Of a DNA stretch of 64,000 bases, positions 1 through 14,791 are shown piece after piece. Below the pieces are notes generated by a model. The model was not told the origin of the DNA, ran no database searches, and saw only the letters and a list, made by a program, of their open reading frames with translations. Location of the stretch: the NCBI GenBank assembly GCA_964016885.1, contig OZ024740.1, positions 400,520,001 through 400,584,000 on the forward strand, read 5' to 3'. The first letter of the stretch is position 1. Each line of letters opens with the position of its first letter. The position numbers and the translations under genes were made by a program. This DNA is from Eledone cirrhosa (taxonomy: Eukaryota).

Positions 1-131
1 TCGCCTTGATACGAAAATGGATGCCCAGTTATAAACATTCATTTGCTGAGGATAGGTTAAAGAAAGAAATCTTTTAATACAAACACACAAACACACACAC
101 TGACACACAGACACTCACACACGCATATGTA

Positions 132-222
<91 letters not shown>

Positions 223-318
223 GGTGTGGGGTATGTGTGTGTATATATGTTTATCCCGGGCTCAATCGAGGGTAACCACAGTAAGTAAAGTACTCAATAC
301 ATAATATTTCTATATTAA

Positions 319-355
<37 letters not shown>

Positions 356-417
<62 letters not shown>

Positions 418-887
418 CTGTCTGTTTATTTGTTTGTTTGTTCACGAACCCCTCCTATGGTTTTCGACACCCATAACCATTTATATTCTGAAACTACATT
501 GCTCAAGGTACTTGGTTAAGTATATTTCATTCTAATCAAAACATTCCTCGGAGGCACAAAACCCCCGCTGAAAATGTTTCCCCTTCGATGTATATGAAAT
601 TTAAACCCTAGGTAAAGATATGATGCCTATTCACAAAAGTTTTGAATTGATATTTTGAAAAAATTATTTACAAGAAACAAAATAAGAATAACAATTTAAT
701 AATGTAATTTTGATTTGATATATTACAAAAAATAATGTTTTCCAATTGTTCATGCATTACATTTTACATTGAGTAATATTAAAACGCAAATTTTTTCTCC
801 ATAAATTATATCACTGATTTAAAATCAATCATCATTTTCTTACAAAAAAAATGTGTGAAACGCTGCAAGGCGCGGGTAATTCGGCTA

Positions 888-888
<1 letters not shown>
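356..888 (+). mobile_element. Putative non-autonomous Helitron
   Basis: 5' TC(TA)n followed by (TTTG)n near 421-442. 3' GC-rich subterminal motif cgctgcaaggcgcggg, then CTAG (885-888) followed by T. Confidence 0.55.
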
Positions 889-969
<81 letters not shown>

Positions 970-1370
970 GAGTGAGAGAGAGAAAGAGAGAAAGAGATTG
1001 ACAGACAGAGAAATTGTGAGTATGGGTCTGTATGTTTGTAGAAGAGAAAGTAATGTGGTATTTGGGAAATATGAATTTCTCATCTTGATACAAGAAGACA
1101 AAATTGGGTGAGGATATTTAATTAAATCAAGCCACTAATTGCTAAATAATTATTTGCATATTGGAAATACGAAAGGTACAGTGTAATCAAAACATAAAGG
1201 GACATAGTTAAATACTTTATTTTACATTCAAGATATTCGAGAATATGATCAGAACAAAGAAAGTACAAGAGAAAGAAAAGAAAAACGTGAGGATAGATGG
1301 GCGGAGTATGATACGTGAGAATTGGAAAGCGACAATGTATGAGGAAAAATAATGTAAAACAATGTTAAAT

Positions 1371-1559
1371 AATTGTTTCTACTTTTGGCACAAGGCCAGC
1401 AATTACCCAGTGCATTACTGGTACTTTATTTTATCGACCCCGTAAGGATGAAAGGCAAAGTTAACCTCGGCGGGATTTGAACTCAGAATGGCAAGGGCCG
1501 TAACTCTATGCATCAAAGCATGGCATCCAACCCTCTACCGATACTGCCAATTCACCGCC
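1371..1559 (-). mobile_element. tRNA-derived SINE, family S1
   Basis: Reverse complement of the multi-copy unit ggtggattggcagtatcggtagagggtcggac...gagttcaaatcccgccgagg...gcctttcatccttacggggtcgataaaataaagtaccag...ggccttgtgccaaaagtagaaacaatt, with A/B-box-like motifs. Confidence 0.9.
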
Positions 1560-1953
1560 CAATGTTAAATAATGTAGAAATAAAGTACACACAGATTTAC
1601 GTAAGAATATAAAAGTGTGACTGAGTAAGTGAGTAATAAAAGAAGTGAAAAATTGGGAATGTGGAAATGTAGAAGTGATATTAAGAAACAAATACTAATG
1701 CAAAGTAAATAGGATAAAGAGATAATGAGAAAGGTGAGAAACAAAGCGGTATGAGGCAGAGAGAGAGAGTGGAGAAGAGAAAAATGAAATTCTGTGTGGT
1801 GGAGAAATTATAAAGTGACATTTTACTTTCGAAACGACTGAGAATATTCAGTTTCAGTTAACTAGATTCCAATTTGAAACGAGACAGATACACTTTGCTC
1901 TTCATTTATCATGTGTTCGTAACATATGTTTTTAATATCTTCTTTGTTTTTCC

Positions 1954-2153
1954 GAGGTGGTGAAACGGCAGATTTGTTAAGGTATAGATAAAATGTTATT
2001 GCAGTATTTGTTCTGGTTCTTTACAATCTGAATTCGAATCTCTCCAAGGTAAACTTTGAATTTAGAATAAAGTACCAGCCAAATACTGTGGTTGATTTAA
2101 TCAACTTTTACCTTTCCTCCAAATTTGCTGACTTTGTAACTAAATTGGAAATC
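1954..2153 (+). mobile_element. Old diverged S1-related SINE
   Basis: ggtggtgaaacggcag...gaattcgaatc...aataaagtaccag...gctgactttgtaactaaattggaaatc aligns by eye to S1. Confidence 0.6.
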
Positions 2154-2766
2154 AAAAATATCTTCTTTCTTATCGTTTATCCCACCCCAATGCTGTAAAT
2201 GATAAGACCGCTCTCCTGCTATGAGACAGTTGAGCAACCTATGCGAACTTTTGGAATTGAGAAAGATGAATCGAACTACTACACAAGACTAGAACTGTAT
2301 ATATCGATCCAGTAACAAAATATACTTCTGTAGGATTTTAAGGCCACAAGTAATTATATGTGTCGTATTAGCGACTCTGCCACATCACTACCTTAGAATC
2401 AGCAATGCAATTGTTCAATTTAATCAGATGTAATATATATAATAGTTAGTTTTGTATTATGTTAAAAAGAAAACCTATTTTATGTTTACAGGATTTGAAA
2501 GGTCAGGGGAATTTGTTACACTAAAACACCAACTAAAACATCATCATCTACTTTCTTATTTTAATGCCTGCAAAATTCGTAACACAAATACGTATGTTGA
2601 AAATCATAAAATAAGTAAAGTTTCCATGCCGATTTGCGAAATGAGTTCTCAGAAGATGTCAGGCGGGTCGAGGGGGATTTACCCCAGAAAACATCTACCT
2701 ATGTGAGGACTAATATTCCTAACAATTTAAATTACAAATGGACAAGACGCTAAAATAAGTAACATT

Positions 2767-2838
<72 letters not shown>

Positions 2839-2945
2839 AACGTTTGTATATTATAATGTACGACAAAAAGAGAAGATAAAGCAGGGTGGGATAACATTTA
2901 AAGTTATTTTGACGTTTCGGACTAAGCCTTTATGGTTTTGTTATA

Positions 2946-3005
<60 letters not shown>

Positions 3006-3010
<5 letters not shown>

Positions 3011-3913
3011 ATGTATTCGTACATACATATATGTATACAGACGTACAGTAGTATGTATATACATACATGCACACATATATATATATATATATGTACGTAT
3101 GGGTTTACCGAATATTTATTATAATGTTCGGTTTGTTTGTAAACAAACAGCCCGAATTAAGCCGTACAGTGTTCGGCAACCATCGTCGCCCTTTTGTTCA
3201 ACACTGACAAAGGAACGATGAACTAGTTTCAAGCCTATTAGCTATCGTCAGCATCGTATACCATCCTGTCAGATGATTGAACGTTTGAAAGTATATACTT
3301 TCCTTATGCATATTAACGGCTGAGCAGCCTAATTTGCATATCGAGTGAGTTAGTCGGCCGGGCGGACCGAAAACGATAAATGGAAAAGAATGAAATGAAA
3401 TAAAATTTCTCACTCTTAGTACGTCTGATACTTAAATACAAGTATGTATACGTACATACATATAGGAATACAGACGTATAGTAGTATGTATATATATACA
3501 TACATGCATATATATATATATATATGTACGTGTGGTTTTACCGACCATTTATTATAATGTTCGGTTTGTTTGTAATCAAACATCCCGAATTTAGCCGTAG
3601 TGTTCGGCAACCATCGTCGCTCTTTTGTTCAACACTGTAAACCCAGACAATTCATTTTCACCTGACGAGATCAGTGATAATCGATCATAGCTTCACAATC
3701 GATCTATCTCTTATTGAAACATGTGTCGTGATTAAAATGGTTGGAAATTTTACCTTGCCTTCGGATTTTCTTTTTGATACTAATACTCCGTTTTACATCA
3801 TCTTGAATGTAATTGGAGATATACAAAAGCGTGGAGAACTTAATATTGGTAACAAAAATTTATTGGACCGTTTTACACAACCAATATACTATATAACACC
3901 TTACTATATAACA

Positions 3914-3919
<6 letters not shown>
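3006..3919 (+). mobile_element. PLE-type 3' tail with a ~200-bp direct repeat and an HHR
   Basis: 3006-3207 is repeated at about 3440-3637. HHR at 3658-3731. Ends at (TA)n. Confidence 0.55.
3658..3731 (+). ncRNA. Type I hammerhead ribozyme
   Basis: tcac-CTGACGA(3662)-long stem II region-GAAAC(3716)-atgt-GTC-gtga; stem I tcac/gtga. Confidence 0.65.
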
Positions 3920-3963
<44 letters not shown>

Positions 3964-4115
3964 CAATAATATTAATAAATGGAAAATATCTTTATTTTGA
4001 TATAGGTATTTTAAGGGTACTAATATTTTATTACGATTTCGTGGGATAAAATATGATAATTGGTGTAAAGATAGTGACATATCTTCATGTGAACTTCATG
4101 TTATAAGTTCAGTGA

Positions 4116-4158
<43 letters not shown>

Positions 4159-4361
4159 GTCAGGACCCCGACAGCTAGTTCTGAACGCTTATATATATAT
4201 ATATAGGAAAAAGTATGACCCCGACGGCAGAGTGTATATGTAGGTGTAGTGTGTGTATATGTAGGTATGTGTGTGTGTATGTAGGTACGTGTGTGTGTGG
4301 ATTTGTATAAGCAGTAGCCCATTGCATATGCTTTTTACATGCATCTAATATATATATATAT

Positions 4362-4820
4362 AATAAATGTACTCTGAGTTTTTCGAATATTAATAATAAC
4401 ATTCAATTCGTTTGCAATTATGCAAACAAGTCTCCATTTTATAGCTATGTCAGTAGAATGAACCCTTCAGTCTTGCTCTTGTGTTGGCATGTGAACAGAG
4501 CAGCAGACACTAATGTTTCTGGGTATCACCCTTCATCAGTACAGCTCACTGTTCACCTGCAAAACTGTCAGAGCTAGTGAATATATATGCTAATTTGAAA
4601 AATACAGTGACTGACAGTTTGGCAGGTGAACAGTGAGCTGTACTGATCAAGGGTGATACCCAGAAATATTAGTGTCTGCAGTTCTGTTCACATGCCAACA
4701 CAAGAGCAAGAATTAAGTGTTCATTCTACTGACATGGCTATAAAATTGAGGCTCATTTGTATAATTGCAAACGAATCGAATGTTATTATTAATATTCGAA
4801 AAACTCAGATTACATTTATT
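4362..4820. mobile_element. Fold-back element (arms 4362-4571 / 4611-4820) with an HHR in each arm
   Basis: ~210-bp imperfect inverted arms next to (TA)n. Minus strand 4547-4498 reads gagctgta-CTGATGA-agggtgataccca-GAAAC-attagt-GTC-tgctgctc; the right-arm copy has the mutated core ctgatca. Confidence 0.85.
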
Positions 4821-5999
4821 GTATTCGGCCAGGTAGAGCGAACATTTTCTTTATATATATATATATATATACATTCCATTATAATTGGCTGCCTTGTGTC
4901 GATGTTAAAATCGTTTTACTTACGTATTACTACTACTACTGATTGTAAGCGTATGTATATGTGTGTGTACTGAGATCTTCCACGCGTATAATCCTTTCGC
5001 CCTGAGTTCTTGTTGCTGTACCTACTTCACAAAGACCAGATGGCCATGTCAACACGTAGTCAAATACAGATATCTCTTTTGATTTCTTTATCACACTAAT
5101 CTTTTAACAACAACAATCACAACTACAGGAACTACTACTACTACTACTACTGGAGCTGCTGCTGCTGCTGCTAAATTTTCCCAGACGATATAGCCCTGAA
5201 TTTAATACTTCACGGTAATTAGTGTTTTTCTATTGGATTCGGAATTGTAATTTACGGATGATACCAGTATACCTCTTCAGGAAACTCAACCATATGCCTC
5301 TGCAAAACAAATCATTGATAATGTTTTCGTTGTTATTGTCAACATCAGCCTCAACAAAACTTTCTATTCTGTCTTCGTTGTTTCACTTACGGTGGTCTTG
5401 TAGCCAGAACAAATCTATTGGTAGTCTACTGGCGTTCCCTTTCTTCTATACAAAATCTAAAACAACATCAATATTAACAACATGAAAAACAACATCATGA
5501 ACAACAGTAACAAGAACATATCTTCCCTCACCCACCACACATCTTTAAAGTGAACAAAAACAAATAAATATATATATATAAATAGATAAAATAGAAAAAG
5601 AAAAGAAAAGAAAAGTAATATAAAAATAGCTACAACAATTGGAAGAGACAAATTTCAGTTCCAACTCTCAGAATGTATGTGTTAGCGTGGAGCTGCAGAT
5701 ATTTGATCTATCAATTGCCAGAAACAGAGATCTCCCTGGTGTTTCGATAATATCATTTTAAGAAGCAGCGTCCATTTCATTATCTCGACGACAGGTCATA
5801 AATCATGGGCAATTTGCTTCGACTAAGGACGCAGTTGCCCGAGTTTTTCTCTCTCAATAAATAAATTGATAATTAAATCACCCGTTCCTGCTAATATCTA
5901 ATTGATTAATACCATGCTGTTTCTGTGTGAACGTTGCCGAACATGTGCAAACATACAGAAGCATATATATATATATATGTATATATATATATGTATATA

Positions 6000-6044
<45 letters not shown>

Positions 6045-6057
6045 ATGTATATATATG

Positions 6058-6131
<74 letters not shown>

Positions 6132-6186
6132 TATATATATATACATATATATTCACATATGTATATATATATACACACACACACAC

Positions 6187-6231
<45 letters not shown>

Positions 6232-6237
6232 GATACT

Positions 6238-6270
<33 letters not shown>

Positions 6271-7180
6271 ATGTGTGTGTATGTATATAGGGAGGGTGGG
6301 GTATAGAGAGAGAGAAGCTGGAAAGAAAGGGGAAGAGAAGACAATGTCAGCCGGCTAAAGACATGTTAAATCGGTACTAATGTTTTCGTGGAAATGGTGT
6401 GTGGTGATTCTTATTTGCAAGAAGAAACAAAGGAAAGGAAGAATTGGAAAAGGAAGCAGAATGAAAGTAGAAAGAGTAGTGTGTGGAGTGAGCTACGAGG
6501 GGGAGAAAGAAATGGAGGTGAAGTGAGGGGAGAAGAAGAACGGAAATTCAGAGGTCCAGTGTTAATTATCAAATATTATAAGGCAGCCATACTTCTATGA
6601 CTATTCCGCAGCTCCATAGAACAAAATGAATGTGTTTCTGAAATAGCTGTATATGGAGGAGGACTGGTGAAAAGGACAATAGATTTGTATTGGCTGCTAT
6701 GACCTTCCAAAATGAGCATCTCTATAAATACAATGACATAAAGGCTCGTGGGAATGTGGTGACGGTGAAACTAGTGACAGTGGTTGTGGAAGTGTTTGTA
6801 ATGGGGCTTAATTTTCTTCCCGTTGTGACGGCAGAATTAGAATCGTGATTGCTAAGTGTGAAATATCATCTGTTTTCTAATATTTTGTTCGCTTGTCGAG
6901 GCACCTTTAATGAAGTGCATATTTTAATGAAGTTTTTCTTCTTAGTTTTGTGGCTTTTCAGCATGTCATTTCACTACCCTCAGACGGGTGTGATCACGAA
7001 AATATAAACTATCAAATTATTCGAAATTCCATCTACCTACGTAAGCTGGGAAGGATTATAAGAATAACATGGCGTTTACATCGAAGTTTCGCCAAATTCA
7101 GCTAAATTTAACTCAAATGTTAACACTGATAATAAATATTTTGGGCATACAACAAAGTATACGAAACTATAAAACAAGTG

Positions 7181-7273
<93 letters not shown>

Positions 7274-7276
<3 letters not shown>

Positions 7277-7411
7277 GAAGGAAATGTGGTAAGGAACCAG
7301 GTGGACCCTAACGCACCAAAGTACTCAATACTTGAGGTAGTAGAGTGGGTAATAGGAACCAGTAAGACCCCGACAGCTGAGCTCAAGCCGTTTCGACGGC
7401 TAATTCTGGAC
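7274..7411 (-). mobile_element. Hairpin family A, one arm plus tail
   Basis: Reverse complement of the 37994-38133 / 44230-44373 sequence; abuts (TA)n. Confidence 0.8.
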
Positions 7412-7851
7412 TAATGTGAATATATATGTATATATATATACACACACATGTTATAAGGAGTTTCTGTCCGAATGAAAATGCGCGATACCGATACCGCGAC
7501 CGCGGCACATTGCGGCACGGCGAGGGCTCGTGTGATTCATCGGTTTGAGTCTAATATTTTTACCGCGCATAACTCTCTATCTCACTCTTTTTCTGTTTAT
7601 CTTTCTTTCTCTCTCTCTAGAGAGATGATGTAGAGTCCTATTGCTACTAAATAGTAAGGGCAAGCTGGCCTAATATATTGCGCTGTTTTTTGGACTATTG
7701 TAGAGTTGAGTTATCCATCTACTCAAATGTATTACTGAGATTCAGGTTTACACGCCAATCATGTTTCCGAGCCTTTCTCTGTAAACCGATGAGAACAACT
7801 CTATTTTATATTGTAAACATTCTTAGTTTTACTGTCTTTCTAATCAACGGA

Positions 7852-8037
7852 CGGTGGATTGGCAGTATCGGTAGAGGGTCGGACGCCCTGCTTTGAAGCA
7901 TAGAGTTAAGTCCCTTTGAATCTGAGTTCAAATCCTGTGGAGGTTATATTTGCCTTTCATCCTTACAGGGTCGATAAAATAAAGTACCTGTAATGCACTG
8001 AGATAATTGCTGGCCTTGTGCCCAAACTAGAAACAAT
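7852..8037 (+). mobile_element. SINE S1
   Basis: Full S1 unit, from cggtggattggcagtatcgg to ctagaaacaat. Confidence 0.9.
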
Positions 8038-8681
8038 ATATAAAAGAAATTAAACTGAACAGGCACATATCTAACAAATTCAAAGCGTAAAAATATGATA
8101 CATGCACATACATGCACACATACACACACACACGCACACGTACAAAGACTCTCTCTTTCACACACACACGCACACACATATATTTGTGGGTGTGGGCGTA
8201 TGTATTTGTACGGCAGATTTAGATTATTTAACAGGTGCTTTATAGATATGTTTATTAAATTTCTTTCGTGAGCAAAACATTAATTTTAATCTAGTATTAA
8301 CGACTGTAGAACAATATATTGTTTTGTGACATAAGGGCTGAGCTAGGTGTATTGAATATATGATAGATATATGTTGGAGGTCGGATGCCAGTTGTCTGTT
8401 GGATTTCTTGTAGGAGAAAATGCAAACGCAATTTAGACGTTCATATAATTTGTCAACAATAGATACACACTAAATACAGCTCACCAACTCTCTCTCCTTT
8501 TCTCTGCACCCATCTCACTCTCTCTCTCTCTCTCGCTCTCTCTCTCTCTCTCACTCTCTCTATCTATCTGTCTCTATGACAATCGTTTCTAAATGCATCT
8601 CTTCTAATCATTCTGTCTATTAATTTCTCTTAATGTGATTGCCTATTGAGCAGTGCTTTTTTCTCTTGAGAATTACAAAAT

Positions 8682-8775
<94 letters not shown>

Positions 8776-8949
8776 TACACATATATATATATAAATCACG
8801 CTGGATTCAGTTTAAAACTGATTAGACCATTACTCGCCAGGGTATTCAATACTTGGAATTAGCAGTTGAAACGACAAGAGCTCAGCCGCCGGCGTCCTGA
8901 CTCTTTATGATATATATATATACATATATGTTTATCTCGAACCGATAGT

Positions 8950-9900
8950 GCCCCCCCCCCCATCCAGTAGCACTACCAACCCAGATATTTCTGGAAGTCA
9001 TCTATAGTCCCTGGCTCGAAAGTACTCCGGAATAGACTGGTTAGTTGGATTTCGTCGACGCCCAGTGACTCTAACATAAGATTAGAACTTCCACTGATCG
9101 CGTTGCCCGCCAGGTGAAGAGCAGTGAGTGCCTGGCAAAATTCCAGATGCCAGGCACTCAAGCTCTTCTTGACCCAGGACTGCAGCTCAGGCCTGTCTGA
9201 CAAAGACGACCACAGCTGTTCGCCGTTTACGAATATCAGAAGATGCCGTAGCCTCAGTGTCGGCCTAAGGCTCTGAGTAGAGGTTGCTGTGAGCAGATTG
9301 ACTGCCTCACCAATGGAACCTGTCCTTTCCCCCAAAAGCGGCAGAGCAAACTTTCCTATTTGGTGAATTGCGAACGGATGCATGGCACGACGGTCAGGCG
9401 GATGCGATGTAAATGTTCGCCACCTCAGTTTTTATCCAACTGCCGTGGTAATGGCTCGAGAAACAATACGTACCGAAAAGAAAACCGCAACTCGACGGAC
9501 CGATTGAACGATCTGAAAGGGTTCCAAAAGTTGGCCATTTACTTTGACCATCGAACAGATGCCGCTGTGCATTGCAGCGATCCCGCCTCTGAAGACAGGA
9601 CCGAAGCCTTGAGGACAGAATCCAGGTATCGATGTTCCAACCTATCAAAATCTTTTGATTGATCTAAATTGACCAGAGCTCCACTGAAGCCAAATTTACA
9701 CCCTACACTCTCTATGCATGAGGTGAAAGGTGTTGTTTATGTACCCGGTCGTGATTGTTTGCCTCTCATTTATGAAACTCTCGACACGAACGCCAACCTC
9801 TTCGCTAACACCTGGGCCAAAATCTCACCCAGTGTTTAACAGAGTTATGGGCCTGAAAAGCTACGAAGACGATGCCATATCAGAAAATTCTTGTCATATG
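8950..9900 (-). pseudogene. Decayed L1/Tx1-type LINE ORF2 (RT to C-terminus)
   Basis: PELQSWV..., LFRSTFEPGTIDDFQK and ...FRPITLLN-like segments are homologous to 15444-17060. Confidence 0.8.
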
Positions 9901-10045
9901 CTTCTTGCACCATGTTTATCGAATATTTTCTAGCTTCTTCTGCTAAAACTCTCTCTATATATATATATATATTACCCACTCTAGTACCCTAATTATTAAG
10001 TAATCTGGTGCGTTATGGTGCACCTGGTATATTACCACACTCTCT

Positions 10046-10085
<40 letters not shown>

Positions 10086-10126
10086 TGTATGTAAATATAC
10101 AATACATATACATACATATACATACA

Positions 10127-10194
<68 letters not shown>

Positions 10195-10536
10195 TGTTAT
10201 ATTTGGGGAGGGTCATATTGTTATAATATTGCCAGAAATAATAATAAAATATACTCACTATTTGGTTTGGATTGGTTTTCGCTTCTGTATCATTTATATC
10301 TCCATAGTTAATTTATCTGGCAATCAATGTTTATCATTGATTGACCAACGATTAAAAATACAGATACAAATATATATACATATAAAATGAATAAATAAAT
10401 AAGCAAGTCTTAATATATTAGTTAACTGGTGTACATAGGTTTCATTGAAATACAGAGAATGTGGTATTTAATTCAACTGAATAGAAATCGTCAGAACCGT
10501 TAGATAGTACAAAATATTTGTCTACCAGCGACATAT

Positions 10537-10569
<33 letters not shown>

Positions 10570-10603
10570 GGAGGGGTGTGTGTGTGTGTGTGTATATATA
10601 TAC

Positions 10604-10666
<63 letters not shown>

Positions 10667-10782
10667 GAGCGAGAGAGAGATGGATGGATATGTATATAGA
10701 TTGTGGTTGGATGTGTATGCGTGCGGGAGAGGGTGTGTTTTTACATATGTATGTATTATCATAGCCATACACATAGACCGAG

Positions 10783-11205
10783 AAGGCGCGTGGCTTTGTT
10801 GGTAGAACGTTGAACAAGGAGGTGCGTTGTGTTCTTGAGCAAGACACTTTATTTCACGTTGCTCCACTTCACTCAGCTGTAATAATTGTTTCAATTTTTT
10901 GGCACAAGGCCAGCAATTATCCCAGTGCATTACTGGTACTTTATTTTATCGACTCCGTAAGGATGAAAGGTAAAGTTACCCTCGGCGGGATTTGAACTCT
11001 GACCATATCCATATCAGCTGCAATAATGAGTTGTAACGTGACTCGTCCCAGGTTTTATCGACCATTGCCTTCCTTTGGGTAACATCAGCGGCGTAGAGAG
11101 GGGAGGCTGGCACGAATGGGCAACTTCTGGTCTTCCACAAACACCCCTTGCCCAGGGTAACTTTCTAGGTGCACAACCATGGTCGTTCGTGACTGAATAC
11201 GGCCT
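10783..11205 (+). mobile_element. Second tRNA-SINE family (S2), interrupted by an antisense S1 fragment at about 10887-11004
   Basis: CORE-like gttgtgttcttgagcaagacacttta. The insertion is flanked by tcagctg(t/c)aataat at 10873-10886 and 11014-11027. Confidence 0.75.
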
Positions 11206-12269
11206 ACGACATATAGACCATACATACCTACCCACTTCACCCATAAACAAACCACAGTCTACAGAAAACATTTATTTCTGTTCATAATGAAATGCATAAA
11301 AGTATTTGCAGTAATGTTTATTAAAATAGAACCGTATACTCTCCATATTTCCACATACACGTGTATTCTCGTATTGTTGATATATTGCTTTCATAATCTA
11401 AGTCTTTATCTCGCAGTTGCCTGAAACTATCTAGTTGTAAATATATATTATAGGAAAAGCAATTAACCGATCCAAGTATTAGAATGCATTTGTATAGCTA
11501 GCGGGTGTTTCTTTAGAGAGGAGCTGCTATTATGTGTATACATATATCTTATAAAAGAATGGTCTCCAATAAAGTGGCTTACGCTAGATGCTCTCCGAGA
11601 AGACGGCATCGTCAGTAGTGCACCAACAACCAATTAGTTTTGGTACTTATTTCCATTATTTGTGTATGTATATATGTATAATGGAGCCCGCTCTTTGTTA
11701 TACTGTTGTGTATATAGACTAATAAAGAATCATGGGATATCAGATTGATCACATATACCATGAAATAGTGATAGATCACCAAGTTCTCTGAAGAAATAAT
11801 TCCACTTCCTGAAATTATACTTGGAACAAGAGAAAATGTTGCATCGACTTTATGTCAAAGACGATAGAATAATCTGTTTCTGAAGCTTTTGTTTAATCAC
11901 CATCTTTTATATTAGCATTTGACTGTTGTTAGCATAATGTTTGCTGGAATTCCTTTGATATAGAAATCTCAAGATAATAGACAAGGTTTCTTTGCCTATA
12001 AGAATTTGATAATCTGAAGCTACGTTCTTATTTCATACTTGACACTTGTTAAGCCAATAAGAATTACACGTAAACGTTCATCTAGTGATTCTGGTAGCTT
12101 AGGCTTTGAGATTCATTGGTAGCTTTGCTGTTAATTTTGTTTCTTTGAACATCAAAGGCACTTATATCTTCTCACTTCAAACTTTATCTAAATGTCTTCA
12201 TCAACAAGAAGTGTTGAATTTTGAAAACATTCATTAGGTCTATGCTCCAACAATATATGCACAATATTA

Positions 12270-12348
<79 letters not shown>

Positions 12349-12432
12349 ATATATGTTTGTATACATAAACACACACATTTATATATATATATTTGTATAT
12401 CCATATATATATACATATATATTTAGAAACAG

Positions 12433-12483
<51 letters not shown>

Positions 12484-12967
12484 GTGTGTGTTTCTGTATG
12501 TCTGTGTTTCTGTATATTCACACCAAAATACTTATTCGCGGTATCTAGAGTTGCATATATATACATTCACATGCCTGTGTGCAAGTGTATGAGTATCGAC
12601 GTTGTTAAGAATATCATTAAATATAGAAACTTAATAAACATATATATATATACATATGCAGAAACAACATCTGTATATATACATATATATGTATATATAT
12701 ATTCATGAATATTACAGATGCCAGAAACATCACTACAATAAGTATAATAGATAAACTAAAGAGATTTGAAAGAACGAAATTCACAAATTTTAGTTATTGC
12801 ACTTCTTATGCACTTGATGTACTTAGAACAGTCTACTTTGTATGTAAACGTTAAGGAAAACATCTAAATTTAAAAATAAATATTATATTGTATACAAAAT
12901 GCAAAATTCAGGTCTTTTGTACACATTGCAGGAAGTGTGAGCTGGTTAATAAATCTTCGTTGCTCCC

Positions 12968-13026
<59 letters not shown>

Positions 13027-13030
<4 letters not shown>

Positions 13031-14231
13031 ACAGGGAGAAAGAGACGATTATGAGGAAGAAAAATATTTTTTTTTTCCTTTTTTGTTTCTCTCTCTCTTT
13101 TTTCTATGTTAGAAAATGATTAAAACGAAATGTTTTTTTTTGTGTGAAGTGTTAAGGTATTAGTTGATTTATTTATTATTTAACAATGGCATTTATTTAT
13201 CTATTTATATATTTAATTATTGTCTATTACCGGTTTCAGCATTTATATGCATTATCAAATGATAGTGATATGTATTAGTGTGGTGTCGCACATGTTAAAC
13301 AGAAGGTGCAGAAAGAATAATGTATATACAAACAAGGTTTAAGAAGTGAAAAGAAAAAAAGAAAAAGGAAAAAAAAAACGGGCATAATGTGGAACGTAAA
13401 AAGTCAATGTGGAAGAAAAAATAATGTTATTTACAAGCGCAGTCATTGAAGTTAAGCAGTTCAAAATGTGTTAATATTGCAAGAGTGGTTAGTTGAACCA
13501 TGGTTCCGTGAAGGAGGCAAATGGTGGACTGTGGTTTGATATGACTTTCTTTTTTAGAGAGTTAATATGCAGGGGGAAGCAATTCTTGCTGGGTGATATT
13601 TAATTTATTTAAGAAAAAGGATTAGGAAGAGTGTGAGGGAGGTAACTCTTGTAAATGTTTGATGGTTTGTTGCAGTTTTAGATTGGTCCGATTTTTAGAG
13701 CATTGAGTAGTGGTTGAAATTTATTAATGAAATGTGTTTCCTTATTGGTACGTTGGATGAAAGTAGCGTTGTCTATGAATTTGTAAATGGGGAAAATTTT
13801 AAAGTTTGGATGTTGGTTGAGAGCACAATTGGCGATATGTACACTAAATGCAATCTTTCTGTGTTCTTGTATTTTAATTTGTGATTTATGGACGGTCATA
13901 CGTTGACGGAGGCTGTTTTTTGTCTGTCCTATGTAGTGCTCTTGACAACCTGAGCATGTCAAAACATAGATAAGGTTTTCAGATGCACATGTAAAATTGT
14001 GTTTAACTGTGAAACGTTGTCCTTGTTTAAAATGGAATGTTGAATCTTCTATTAGATTTATGCATATGCCACAGTTGGGCCTTCCGCATTTTGTTACTGT
14101 AGGGTTCATTGTGAGGGTTTGTTGGATTTTGGCTTGTGTGAGGATGTTTTTTCTGGATTTGGGTTGTCTTTTGCTCTTTATGATGTTGTGTGTTTGGAGG
14201 ATATTGTTCATTCTTGGGTCTCTTTTTAATG
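13027..14231 (-). mobile_element. 5'-truncated PLE (Neptune-like Cys-rich linker plus GIY-YIG) with 3' tail
   Basis: ORF 13678-14283 contains KCGRPNCGIC, NLIYVLTCSGCQEHYIGQT..LRQRMTVHKS and KETHFINKFQPLLN. Degenerate HHR at about 13224-13266. Ends at (TA)n. Confidence 0.85.
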
Positions 14232-14599
14232 CGCGCGCACACACACACACACACACACACGTATATATACATAAATAAGCCATACATCTTCGAAATACGT
14301 ATAATAAAATAAATAGGGATGGACTAATGTAACTGCCTTTTGTTTATTATATATATGGGTGGTGGATTGGCAGTATCGGTAGAGGGTCGGACATCATGCT
14401 TTGACGCATAGAGTTACTGCTCTTGTGATTCTGAGGCAAGCCTCAAAACTATCATTCGGATAGTAAAGGAATGTTTTCCCCCTTACCATCCTACCGTTTG
14501 CACGTGCTTTTAGCCCTGCCATACTACCAGACACATGTGCTTTATCCTAATTTCTCACTTAAAAGAAAATACATGTAAACAAATATTAATGATAATGAT

Positions 14600-14791
14600 A
14601 GTTTCTGATTAAAGCAAAAGCCAGCAATTTTGAGGTAGGGCAAAGTCAATTAAGTCCAACCCATCGTGCTAATGGTACTTTGTTTTATCATCGACCACGT
14701 AAGGAGGAATGGCAATCGTAACCTTGGTGGGATTTGAGCTCAGAATGTAAAGGGACGTAACTCGATGCTTTATTGATATGGTCAATCCACC
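14600..14791 (-). mobile_element. S1-related SINE
   Basis: ggtactttgttttatcatcgacc...gggatttgagctcagaatg...caatccacc. Confidence 0.75.

Noticed and set aside
5713-5815. HHR-like halves here and at about 11498-11620, 32745-32802 and 38482-38540
   Set aside because: Core or stem I is too degenerate to call by eye.
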